DNA from: an uncultured Acidobacteriota bacterium
GTDB taxonomy: Bacteria > Acidobacteriota > Thermoanaerobaculia > Multivoradales > SZUA-115
DNA length: 64,000 bases
Direction: 5' to 3'
Assembly: GCA_963805975.1 (NCBI GenBank)
Contig: CAWDVR010000003.1
Span: 1 to 64,000 of the forward strand
Below the pieces are notes generated by a model. That model was given only the letters and a program-made list of their open reading frames with translations. It did not search any database and had not been told where the DNA came from. This document shows, one piece after another, positions 19,334 through 28,485 of the stretch (positions are counted from its first letter, which is position 1; each line of letters begins with the position of its first letter). The translations under genes were made by a program, and so were the position numbers.

Positions 19334-20830
19334 CTAGGGCCGAGGACGCAAGCGCGAGGCAGACGGCTGCTCCCGGGATCCATGAGACCGCAGGAAACCC
19401 GGGCTCTCGAGCTCCCATCGATCCGGGGTCAGCCGCAACTGGTGAACGAACTCGTTCAATTGCAGGGTCTTGCCCAGAGACTCCTCCTCCTGATCGCTGT
19501 CCGTAGACCAGAGGCTCCAGTCCGGCGGAGTGCTGTCGGGCAGCGAGTCCAGAACGAGGAGCACGTCGAGATCGTCACTCGGCATCCCGTCGAGCAGGTT
19601 CGAGCAGTCGAGGCTCAGGCTCACGGTGCGGCCGGCGAGTCCGGCCTCCACCGCCGGCCAAGTGGTCCTTGCCTCGCGAACGCCGAAGCGCTCCAGCGGC
19701 GATGGGCCGAGGCCCGGCTGCAACGGAGACGGGTCGCAACGGAAGTCCACGTACCGCTCACGCTGGCACGATGCCATCTCCCGTGGGTCGAAGAACAGGG
19801 TCCACTCGTTGGGCCTGCCCTTCGCCTCACCCGCCGGCGGCGGCACGCTCGCCTCGCGCTCGAAGACCTCGCAGACCGTGGGCAGCTCGTGCTCGGCCGA
19901 CGCAGCGGTCAAAAGCTCCAACTGGGTGTCGAGCTGGTACGTTCTCGCCAACGTTTCGAGGTCGCTGGCGAGAGTCTCGACGACGTCTCGGCGCTTCGAG
20001 AAGACGACGACGTAGAAGGCGGCTTGTGCTGGCCGGGCAAGCGGCAGCCACCGCTGCAGGACCTCGCTGAGCCGGCAGCCCAGGCCGCCGGCCCCCGAGC
20101 AGCCGTCGACATGAACACCGTAGTACGGCGCGCGGATGCCGACCAGGCCGAGGTGAGCACGCCCCTCTCGCACCTCCCGCGAGCGCGACCAGTCGGCAAG
20201 GGCATTGGCCACGCCCATCGCTCCCAGCACGTCTCTTTCGGTGGCGACGAGATCGGTGACCAGCACCGCCGTCTGGAACTCGGGCTCCCGGAAGCGCCCG
20301 AGGATCTCGGCGATGGCCTGGCTGAGCTCGGTGCGCCTTCCTTGGAACAGATCGGCTTCCAGCCGCGGCAGCGGCGCGAGCGGCCCGACCTCCTCCGCGA
20401 CCCGCCGCCAGTCGATCGAGCTCGTCCCTCCGCCGGTCGCGAGCAGGTAGCCGGGGAGCGCGCCGAAGACCTCCCGCAGCCCGTGCGAGGACGCCTGCCG
20501 CGCGGGCGGGGCGAGAAAACCTCCCAGCGGGACCGACACGTCCAGGTAGAGGGCCATTTGGGCGTTCCGCGCAGACGGCGCCTGGCTCTCGGGCGCTCCG
20601 GGTCCTTCGCTCGGCGGGTCGTCCCACCGCGGCTCGAGGGTCCAGGCCCTGTCCAGCCGGCTCTTGGGCAGCAGGTCAACCGGCCTCGCACAGAAGGAGT
20701 ACAGAGCCGCGCCAGCCATCAGCGCCAGCACGGGAGCCATCCACCACCAGCGAAGCATCGTGGAGGCTCTGTCTCGTCCCGCGAGCCGGCCCCCGAGCCG
20801 GCTCGTGGACGGGCCTCTGGGTAGTCTCAT
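19334..20830 (-). CDS. Membrane-anchored protein with degenerate vWA-like domain and Cys-containing C-terminal region
   Basis: ATG 20830 overlaps the upstream stop (TGATG); TM helix WWWMAPVLALMAGAALYSF; ALYLDVSVPLGGF, RTEL and AVLVTDL resemble MIDAS elements. Confidence 0.65.
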   Translation of the reverse strand: MRLPRGPSTSRLGGRLAGRDRASTMLRWWWMAPVLALMAGAALYSFCARPVDLLPKSRLDRAWTLEPRWDDPPSEGPGAPESQAPSARNAQMALYLDVSVPLGGFLAPPARQASSHGLREVFGALPGYLLATGGGTSSIDWRRVAEEVGPLAPLPRLEADLFQGRRTELSQAIAEILGRFREPEFQTAVLVTDLVATERDVLGAMGVANALADWSRSREVREGRAHLGLVGIRAPYYGVHVDGCSGAGGLGCRLSEVLQRWLPLARPAQAAFYVVVFSKRRDVVETLASDLETLARTYQLDTQLELLTAASAEHELPTVCEVFEREASVPPPAGEAKGRPNEWTLFFDPREMASCQRERYVDFRCDPSPLQPGLGPSPLERFGVREARTTWPAVEAGLAGRTVSLSLDCSNLLDGMPSDDLDVLLVLDSLPDSTPPDWSLWSTDSDQEEESLGKTLQLNEFVHQLRLTPDRWELESPGFLRSHGSREQPSASRLRPRP

Positions 20831-21624
20831 CACTCCACCCTCCCGCGTTGAAACAGTTGCAGACCACTCTCCCCGCGCCGCGCCAGAGCTGGCCTCAAGA
20901 GGCGGCGGATCAGCGCCTGACGGTTGCCGGTGGCCGGGGCGTCGAACCACTCGGACACGGCGCGGGGGGCATGACGGAAGCTGGGCAGGAGCAGGACCTT
21001 CCCCGACCCGTCCTGAGGCTCCAGCCCGAGGACGCGATCGCTGAGCCCGAGAGCGCTGCCTTCCACGGCGCGCGCCGAAACTCCGAGCCGCGTGATCAGG
21101 CGCTCGAGGCCCGGCGCCAGGAACAGGCCGTTGCCCTCGCGCAAGAAGAGGTTCCAGAGCTCGACCGCCACCCCGGGAGTGAGGGGCCGGAGGCCTTCTC
21201 TGCCCGGCGGCGAGCTCGACGGCGGCTCTGGCCGCGGGCTCGGGGAGAAGACCGCCGGCGAGGCGGCGGCGCCACCGCGCGGCGGCGGCGAAGGAGGCGG
21301 CGAAGAGTCCGGCGGGGCGGCGAGGGCTGCCGGCTCCGGCAGCTCTCGCGAGGGGTGCCGGGCCGTCGGCTCCGGCGGCCGCACTGCAAGCTCCTCGAGC
21401 CGCCGGCCGATCTCCTCGGTCCGCCGCAGGAAGCCGTCGTGCGCCTGCTCGAGACGGTGGACGAGCTCGGCCGCCGTGAGGCAGAGAACGGTGACGAGCA
21501 CGAGCTCCATCGCCAGGGGTTTCTCCAGGGAATCTCGGCTGAGACGGCCGAGACCCCAGCCCAGGAGCAGCCCCACCACCAGGCCCACGAGAGCTTGGCG
21601 CCAGCCTCTGGCTGTCGCGTTCAT
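20830..21624 (-). CDS. Membrane protein: two N-terminal TM helices, coiled/Pro-rich linker, small C-terminal domain
   Basis: Two hydrophobic segments; PPPSPPP linker; globular end ...LIRRLLRPALARRGESGLQLFQRGRVE; 10 bp from the upstream gene. Confidence 0.75.
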   Translation of the reverse strand: MNATARGWRQALVGLVVGLLLGWGLGRLSRDSLEKPLAMELVLVTVLCLTAAELVHRLEQAHDGFLRRTEEIGRRLEELAVRPPEPTARHPSRELPEPAALAAPPDSSPPPSPPPRGGAAASPAVFSPSPRPEPPSSSPPGREGLRPLTPGVAVELWNLFLREGNGLFLAPGLERLITRLGVSARAVEGSALGLSDRVLGLEPQDGSGKVLLLPSFRHAPRAVSEWFDAPATGNRQALIRRLLRPALARRGESGLQLFQRGRVE

Positions 21625-21634
21625 CGCGCCAGCT

Positions 21635-24600
21635 CTATTCGAAGACCAGCGACTTCAGAAGGTTCTCCCACACCACCGGCCCCACCGGGCTCTCGTAGAG
21701 ATGCTCGGCCACGAAGCCGCCCTGCTCCTCCAGCTCCTTGTTGATCTCGCCGCGCACCGTGGGATCGAGCGCCTTCACGGGCTCCAGCCGATGGGACCCC
21801 TCCCGCATCAGTGGGACGGGCGGGTTGAGGCTGCGGATCACGACCTGGAGCGAGCCGTCGGTGGTGATCGGGAGCCGCGACGCCCAGGGGGTCAGCACCG
21901 GCACACCGTCGGCCCGCACGACCTCGAGGTCGACCGGCGTGTAGGTATGACGGCTGGCCAGGGCCTCGGCGTGGGGCATCTGCTCTCCCACCACCCGATT
22001 GACCACTTCGCTCTTGACCGCCTCGATGCGCAGGCTCCTTGCCTTCTCCCAGGCCGTCTCGTCCGTGGGAGCCAGGAAGCCGTTGCTCTGCACCTCGCCC
22101 CACAGCGCTCCAACCCGATGGCGCACCTGGTCGATGACGGTCTGCACGGTGCTCGCGAAGGGCTCCTCCTGATAGCGCAAGCGCCAACCGTTGCCGCGCA
22201 ACTGGAGCTGGATCTTGAGGTCCGGCCAGAGGCTCTCGGGCGCCTTCGGAAACCACTGGCGTACCAGGTAGGAGGTCAGGCACCGGGCGATGTACTCCAC
22301 CACCAGATGGAAGTAGCGATCGATGCGCCGCCGCGCCTCGTTGGCCTCCGCGGGCGTCGTGTATCCGGAGAGCCCCAGCGACTCGATCGTGACGCGCGGG
22401 CCGGTGGCGAGCCCGAACAGCGACGGCGCGCCCTTGAGGCGGATCCACGAGCGCAGATTGGCCTCGGTCCGGGGCGAGCCCGCGTCGCCACCGTTCCAGC
22501 CCCCACCGGCAGGCAGCAGCTCCGCGGCGCGGCTGGCGAGGTGGTGGAGAAGGACTCTGCCACCGATGCTGGCGCTGTCCGCGAGCGGGTCGAAGCGTAC
22601 GTCGCCGGCCTCGCAGGCGCTGATGAAGAGGTCCAGCGTGCCGCCGCCCAGGTCCGCCACCATGAACACGGTGCCGGGCACCCGGTCCGGCACGATCGCG
22701 GCCCTCGACTCGTCGTAGAGGCCGTTGTTCCCCAGCAGGTCGAGGCTGAGCCCGGTCGAGCGGCCCGTGCGCTCGAGCACTCGGCGCAGGCTCTCCTGAA
22801 AAGACCTCACCTGATCGCGAGAGCTGCGCAGCGGGTAGGTGAAGGTCAGCTCCACCGCCTCGCGCGGCAGGCCTGGCACGCGGTTGGCCAGCACCTCGGC
22901 CAAGGCCATCTCCAAGAACATGCCGAGGTAGTGCTCGCGATGGATGCGCCGCTCCTCGGAGTCCTCGCCTCCGTTGGTGGTCGGTTTGAGGTTGGCGATC
23001 ACCAGGTCCGCCAGATTGCTGCGCGCGATGTCGAAGGGAGCGATCCCGAAGTCCCGCTGTGGCTCCAGCCGCTCCGGTCGAATCTGGAGCGACTTGCTGT
23101 CTCGCAACAGGAGCTCCGAGGGGATCAACCCGCCGGAAGACTGCTCCCGGTAGGTCGGCATCCAGGCCCCGCTTTCGATCACTCCCAGCTCCTCCTCCGC
23201 GGCCTTCACGTGTGGCCAGTGCTCCGCGACGTGGAGGGTGAGAGGCTTGCCCTCCGGAGCCGCCACCAGCTCGGGAGCGAAGCGGACCCGCTCGGCGGCG
23301 CCGGTGCGGCCCGACCGGCAGGCCGCCACGGTGTGGGAGTAGCCGAAGTCCACGGCCATCTGAAGAGGGGGGCCCCCTCCGTTCAAGACCTCCAGGTCCA
23401 CGAGGTAGATGCCCAGCTCGGGTTTCGCGGCCGCGTCCGCCGGATAGCGCCGGCGCGCCACGAGGGCCAACGGCGGGCCGCCGTCGTGCTGGCCGAGATC
23501 CGTGGAGTAGGAGACCGGGTAGGCACCCACCAGCCGCTCGAGGGCGGAAGGCTCGCGGCGCCTCAGAGGCATGCTCGAGACAGCCTCGCCCGGCCCCTGC
23601 TGGCTCAGCCACACGACATCCAGAGCCACGCGGCTGTCCGAGCACCAGTCGTACACGTAGTACGCGCGCCATCCCGGCCGCTGCGGGGTGCGGAAGCGCG
23701 GCCAGATCATCCAGTGAGCGTGGTGGGTCGGCGGCGCCTCGGGCTCGGCCGGGAAGGCGAGGCGGATCGCGAGCGGCTCCCGGCGCCCTTGCACCGGGAC
23801 CTCCCAGTCGACGGTGCGCCCGCCCTGCCAGTCGGTGCCTTCGCGCGGCTGGGGCGGTGCCGGCAGGCGGTCGCCGCCGGCCGCCAGGTCCAGGTAGCTT
23901 CGGCCGTCCTCGGTCTGCAGGAGGGCGAAGTACTCGGACCTCACCGGGAAGTCCGGGTACCGCGGGCTGCGGTCGCGGTGGGCCGAGGACGGGACGGGAT
24001 GGGTCTCGAGAAGCATGCAGTCCTCGATCTGCAGCTTCTCCTTCGTGAGGAGCTCCGCGTGCTCGAAGAAGGCGACCTGGAACGCCCCACCTACGAAGAG
24101 CAGGACCTGGATGCCGTCCTGGCGCTCACCGTAGCCCTCGATCGAACGCCGGCGGCGAAGCTGCTCCAGGTGCTCTCGCCAGAAGCCGCGGAAGGTGCCG
24201 GGCTTGCCGGGTTTCGGGAACTCGACCCACTCGAAGTCGGTCCCGCGCCCCTCGGTGTCCAGCCTGCGGAGCTCGGGAACCAAGGCCCAGGCCTCCTCCT
24301 CGGAGAGCGCCGCATGGCCCCGGAACAGCTCGCCATGGGTACCTTCGGGAGTCGGCAGGGGAACTGCAACCCAGGGCACCTGCTGGTTCTGATCGGGTCC
24401 CCAAGCGACCTCCACCGGGATGCCGAGATGCGGCGGGTCGAGGTCCTTCGGCAGCACGGCCGCATTGAACACGTCGATCCAGGCGGGCGGCGTCTGGTGG
24501 GGCCAGAAGGCGCGCAGGCGGTCGGCCCAGGCGCGCACTTTGGCGGCGGCCTGCGGAGCGCCCTGGAGCAGGTGCGCAGGCCCCTGCTTGCTCCACTCGG

Positions 24601-26512
24601 TGCCGGTCAGATCGCCGGTCACGGCCTCGTAGACGCGTTGCCACAGATTGCTCTCCTCCGGCTCGTCCGTCATCGGCACCGGGCACAGCAAGGTATAGGG
24701 CGAGCTGATGGCGAGCAGGTGGTCGCGCCCCTCGAAGGTGAAGGAAACCCCCAGCCTGGCGAGGTCACGGTACTCCTCGCGAGAGAATTCGCGGAGGAGG
24801 TGCTCGAGCGAGACCGGCTCTTTCGGCTGCAGCTCGGCCAGCGGCCTGGCCTGGAGAACCCCCTCCACCAGGCCGGCGAGCAACAGCTCGAGCTGTCGCC
24901 AGGCCCGCGTCTGGCCGTGGGAGATCGCGTGCCGGAAGCAGTCCGCGGCCGCCACGGGATGAGGCCAGCTATTGGGGTGGACCAGCTCCAGGTCGATCAC
25001 GCTGCGCAGGGTCATGGACACCTGCTGCGTGTCGATCCGGGTCAACGTCGCCGGGGAACCCGCGGGAAGCCCCATGCCGTCCTGGGACAGTCGGTCCGGC
25101 CAGTGAGCCCCGGAGTCGGTGCCCACCGAGCCACGCAGCGGCTGGTTGTCGACGGCGAGGTCGCGGATCCACTCTCCGCACCAGAAGAAGAGGCGGTGCG
25201 CGATGCCGATCGAGTCGTTGAGATCGCCGAGCTCGAGCGGATGCCGGGCCAGCCGCTGCCGGACCAACTGCTCGAGGGTCACCTGCAACGGGACCGTACC
25301 TTCGACCTGCAAGGTCTCCTCGAGCCACTCCATCTGCCGCTCGTAGTGCTCGCGGAGGGTCTTGAGCGCCTCCGCGACCGCGGGGCGATCGACATCGTCC
25401 AGGTACTGGCAGAGCGCCGGCCTGACCCATCCCCGGGGCTCGGCGGCGAGGAAGCTCTCCAGCATCCTCAACAGCCCGACGAAAGAGGCCGCCTGGTCCG
25501 CGAGGCCTTGCAGCGTGCCGCCCGGGATAGGGGTCGTCGGGTCGAGGCAGCCCGGCTTGACCGCGGTCTGGATCCACAGCCCTTGCGAGTATCCCTGCTG
25601 CGGTTCCAGGAAGTGCTGGTAGGCCGCGAGCGCGGCCACGGCATGGATGTAGTGCTCGGCAACCGGCTGGCCGAGGTCGGAGGTGAAGGGCGTACGCCGG
25701 AAGCTGGGGCCCGGCATGCCGAGCGGCAGGGTCGCCACCGAGCTCGCCAGGGTCGCCCCGTAGCTGGCCAGCGCCGCGCTGCCGTTGCGCTGCATGTCGC
25801 GGTTTCGCCGGTAGGCGTTCTGGCGCTGCTCGTCGTCGCCCTCTGCTTCGTCGAAGCTGCGCCACTGCAACACCATCACCGCCAGCACTTCCCGCGCCGC
25901 TCCCGCCTGCTGGGACAGCTCGCGGGCCATCACCGGCGCCACCGACGATCCCGTTCCACCGATGCCGGAACCCGCCACCACGAACCGGCCCGCCCTGCCG
26001 AGCAGATTACCGTACAGCTCGTCGTGATTGAGCCCACGAGGGTTGCGGTCGAAGCTCTTGAGCTTGAACAGGAGCGAGCCGACGGCCGGCGAGCCCATCA
26101 TTCCCTTCGAGTACTGGAGGCCGCGCTGCCAGGAAGAGGCGAAGATCGGCAGCAGCTCGGAGTGCCCGAACCGCTGCTCGAGAGTCTCGAACGGCGGCTG
26201 AAACCAGTTCTTCTGCGCTCCGACCGGCAGGGGGCTCATGGACGCGGCGACCGGGGCCTCCTGCCGGCCGGCACCGGTGAGCCAGTCGAGCCGGTCGGGA
26301 TGGAGGGCGAGGAGCTGCTTGACCTCCTGCCAGGCCGTCGGCTCCCGGGCCTCGGTTCCGTAATCCTGGTCGATCAGGAAGAGATCCGGGAAGGCGAAGG
26401 GCGAGCCTCCCTGCGGACGGAAGAACCCGAGCGGGCCGCCCAGTGTATGCAAGCGGAGAAACGCGAGCGCCACGTGCGCACCGGTTCCGCCGCAGACCAC
26501 CAGAGTGTTCAT
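21635..26512 (-). CDS. Tubulin/FtsZ-like GTPase domain fused to actin/Hsp70-fold ATPase domain (1625 aa)
   Basis: N-terminal [37 protein letters not shown]; C-terminal [44 protein letters not shown]; one uninterrupted ORF. Confidence 0.85.
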   Translation of the reverse strand: MNTLVVCGGTGAHVALAFLRLHTLGGPLGFFRPQGGSPFAFPDLFLIDQDYGTEAREPTAWQEVKQLLALHPDRLDWLTGAGRQEAPVAASMSPLPVGAQKNWFQPPFETLEQRFGHSELLPIFASSWQRGLQYSKGMMGSPAVGSLLFKLKSFDRNPRGLNHDELYGNLLGRAGRFVVAGSGIGGTGSSVAPVMARELSQQAGAAREVLAVMVLQWRSFDEAEGDDEQRQNAYRRNRDMQRNGSAALASYGATLASSVATLPLGMPGPSFRRTPFTSDLGQPVAEHYIHAVAALAAYQHFLEPQQGYSQGLWIQTAVKPGCLDPTTPIPGGTLQGLADQAASFVGLLRMLESFLAAEPRGWVRPALCQYLDDVDRPAVAEALKTLREHYERQMEWLEETLQVEGTVPLQVTLEQLVRQRLARHPLELGDLNDSIGIAHRLFFWCGEWIRDLAVDNQPLRGSVGTDSGAHWPDRLSQDGMGLPAGSPATLTRIDTQQVSMTLRSVIDLELVHPNSWPHPVAAADCFRHAISHGQTRAWRQLELLLAGLVEGVLQARPLAELQPKEPVSLEHLLREFSREEYRDLARLGVSFTFEGRDHLLAISSPYTLLCPVPMTDEPEESNLWQRVYEAVTGDLTGTEWSKQGPAHLLQGAPQAAAKVRAWADRLRAFWPHQTPPAWIDVFNAAVLPKDLDPPHLGIPVEVAWGPDQNQQVPWVAVPLPTPEGTHGELFRGHAALSEEEAWALVPELRRLDTEGRGTDFEWVEFPKPGKPGTFRGFWREHLEQLRRRRSIEGYGERQDGIQVLLFVGGAFQVAFFEHAELLTKEKLQIEDCMLLETHPVPSSAHRDRSPRYPDFPVRSEYFALLQTEDGRSYLDLAAGGDRLPAPPQPREGTDWQGGRTVDWEVPVQGRREPLAIRLAFPAEPEAPPTHHAHWMIWPRFRTPQRPGWRAYYVYDWCSDSRVALDVVWLSQQGPGEAVSSMPLRRREPSALERLVGAYPVSYSTDLGQHDGGPPLALVARRRYPADAAAKPELGIYLVDLEVLNGGGPPLQMAVDFGYSHTVAACRSGRTGAAERVRFAPELVAAPEGKPLTLHVAEHWPHVKAAEEELGVIESGAWMPTYREQSSGGLIPSELLLRDSKSLQIRPERLEPQRDFGIAPFDIARSNLADLVIANLKPTTNGGEDSEERRIHREHYLGMFLEMALAEVLANRVPGLPREAVELTFTYPLRSSRDQVRSFQESLRRVLERTGRSTGLSLDLLGNNGLYDESRAAIVPDRVPGTVFMVADLGGGTLDLFISACEAGDVRFDPLADSASIGGRVLLHHLASRAAELLPAGGGWNGGDAGSPRTEANLRSWIRLKGAPSLFGLATGPRVTIESLGLSGYTTPAEANEARRRIDRYFHLVVEYIARCLTSYLVRQWFPKAPESLWPDLKIQLQLRGNGWRLRYQEEPFASTVQTVIDQVRHRVGALWGEVQSNGFLAPTDETAWEKARSLRIEAVKSEVVNRVVGEQMPHAEALASRHTYTPVDLEVVRADGVPVLTPWASRLPITTDGSLQVVIRSLNPPVPLMREGSHRLEPVKALDPTVRGEINKELEEQGGFVAEHLYESPVGPVVWENLLKSLVFE

Positions 26513-26952
26513 CGCGCATTCCTCCCTGTCTGGCTCACGTAACGGCTGTTCGCGCCGAGAAGGCCGGCCGACAGCCCGAGGCCCGAGCCGACGACCACCC
26601 CTCCGACGCCGTAGGCGATGACCGCCAGGCTCTGGCTGTTGAGACCCGGGATGCCGAAAGCCGCCAGGACCAGCAGCGTGATGATCCCCAGGTCGAGGAT
26701 GACCACCTGAGTGACGACCGACCAGGGGCTCCCGCCATGGACGTCGCTCGCCAGGTCCCAGGTCTCCAGTTGCCGGCTGCGCCGGCGAAAGGCCCAGCCT
26801 CCGACGGTGAGACCGAAGAGCACGGAGAGACCGATCCCCAGGGCGAGGGGAGCATGGCGGTCACCGAGGTCCTGGCAGCCGGTCACGCTGAGGCACGCCA
26901 GGACCAGGAGCCCTGCGCTCGGATGGGCAAGCTGTCTCCAACCCACGGACAC
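26509..26952 (-). CDS. Small integral membrane protein or lipoprotein, first gene of the tubulin-actin operon
   Basis: RBS ggaggagg; lipobox-like LSVTGC; three further hydrophobic helices; stop overlaps the next ATG (ATGA). Confidence 0.7.
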   Translation of the reverse strand: MSVGWRQLAHPSAGLLVLACLSVTGCQDLGDRHAPLALGIGLSVLFGLTVGGWAFRRRSRQLETWDLASDVHGGSPWSVVTQVVILDLGIITLLVLAAFGIPGLNSQSLAVIAYGVGGVVVGSGLGLSAGLLGANSRYVSQTGRNAR

Positions 26953-27126
26953 CTCCTCCGTCGCGGGGCGACGAGCTGAGCAAAGTCATCGAGGACCGGG
27001 GACCGCCGGCCAGGCGGCCCTCGTCTCCAGCCCGATGTAGACCCCGTGCCGGGCCATTTGTTGGGCTGCGCGCGGGTCCCAACAAACCATCCGGCGCGGG
27101 GTCTGTAGATCGCAGAGCAGAAGCCC

Positions 27127-28437
27127 ATGCCGCGCCCCCTCTCCCTCCCCATGCTCCTTCCGGGTCTCGGCGCCGGCATCGCCGGCGCCGCGGTGGCGGA
27201 TGCGCTCTTCGACCCGAGCTTCCTGGCGCGGCCGGAGGTCCTGCCGGTCGCCCTCTACGGCGCTGCCGTCGGCGCAGCGCTGGGGGCGGGCCTGGTCATC
27301 GCCCGGCTCCTCGGCCGGCGGCCGGCCCGGCGCGCCGTGCCCTGCCTGCTCGCCAGCCTCCTCCTCGGCCCCATCGCCGGCCTGGCCTCGGCAGCCCTCG
27401 GCCAGGGAGTCTTTCGCCTCCTGCCGGCGACCTACTCCGGCCGCGCCGACTCCGACGTGGCGATCGTGCTGGACTCCTCGGGCAGCATGGCGCCGAGCCT
27501 CATTCCCTTGAGCCTGGGGAGCGACCCGTGGAGCCGCCGCCAAGAGGCCGCCAAGCGCCTGATCGAAAAGCTCAGCGGTGGCGACCGCCTCGCGGTCGTC
27601 GACTTCGACCACCAGGCCACTCTGCTCTTCCCTCTGCAACCGCTCACCGGGCCCGAGGCCCGCCAGGCGGCGGCCGAGGCCGTGGACTGGGTCGATTCGG
27701 AGGGCGGCACGAACCTGAGCGCCGGGCTCGGCCTGGCGGTCGACGAGCTGCTGCGCGACCGGCAGCCGGACCGCCCGCAGCTCGTCGTCTTTCTGACCGA
27801 CGGCCAGCACGAAGAACAGAGTGGATCCTACGATCCTCAACCCCTGGAGCAGGCGCAGGGCGCGGGGATCGCCGTCTTCACCATCGGCCTCGGCAGCAGC
27901 GCGGACGCCGCCCTCCTGCGACGGATGGCGGAGGAGACCGGGGGCCTCTACTACCCGGTGATGGAGGCCGACGACCTCATCCCGCTCTTCGAGCGCATGC
28001 TCACCGTGAGCATCAATCTGGTCTCGGCACGCCCGCGTTCGGCTCCCGCGGGCCTGAGGCTCGAGAGCAACGCGCTCCTCCTGTGGTTGATCCGTGCCCT
28101 GAGCTGGACCATCGCCGGCGCCGCCCTGGGCCTGATCCTCGGCCTGTGCCGGGGCCGGCAGGAGCTCAACCGCTCCACCCTGGCAGGGGCGCTGAGCGGA
28201 GCGGCCGCCGGCATCGGCTTCGACGCAGTGGCCTACCTCCTCCCCGCGGGCCTGGCCGCGCGGCTCTTCACGTTCGGTGTGCTCGGCGCCGCCGTGACCG
28301 GCACCGTCCAGCCGGAGTCGGCTCCGCCCGCGGCCCCGGCGAGGCAGCCCCAACCAAGACTGCCGGCGCCCGCCAGGCCACCCCGCCTCCCACGACCTCT
28401 CGCCCCTCGATCCAACCCCCGCCCCCCACGGCGCTAG
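27127..28437 (+). CDS. Multi-pass membrane protein with intact vWA (MIDAS) domain
   Basis: IVLDSSGSM, GGTNL, FLTDGQ, FTIGLG, AEETGGLYY; TM helices on both sides; Pro-rich tail. Confidence 0.9.
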   Translation: MPRPLSLPMLLPGLGAGIAGAAVADALFDPSFLARPEVLPVALYGAAVGAALGAGLVIARLLGRRPARRAVPCLLASLLLGPIAGLASAALGQGVFRLLPATYSGRADSDVAIVLDSSGSMAPSLIPLSLGSDPWSRRQEAAKRLIEKLSGGDRLAVVDFDHQATLLFPLQPLTGPEARQAAAEAVDWVDSEGGTNLSAGLGLAVDELLRDRQPDRPQLVVFLTDGQHEEQSGSYDPQPLEQAQGAGIAVFTIGLGSSADAALLRRMAEETGGLYYPVMEADDLIPLFERMLTVSINLVSARPRSAPAGLRLESNALLLWLIRALSWTIAGAALGLILGLCRGRQELNRSTLAGALSGAAAGIGFDAVAYLLPAGLAARLFTFGVLGAAVTGTVQPESAPPAAPARQPQPRLPAPARPPRLPRPLAPRSNPRPPRR

Positions 28438-28485
28438 CACCGCCCCCGGCGGGTCCCTGCGGTGCGATCTGGAAGGGGGGTGCGA

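Noticed and set aside
21635-23360. Calling the C-terminal domain dnaK, ftsA or mreB
   Set aside because: Only fold-level motifs match; there is no DnaK substrate-binding domain and no division or shape gene context
21092-26542. 1816-aa plus-strand ORF and other long antisense ORFs (e.g. 38050-41916, 48310-50889, 53521-55944)
   Set aside because: Shadow frames of real genes on the opposite strand, typical of high-GC DNA; no motifs
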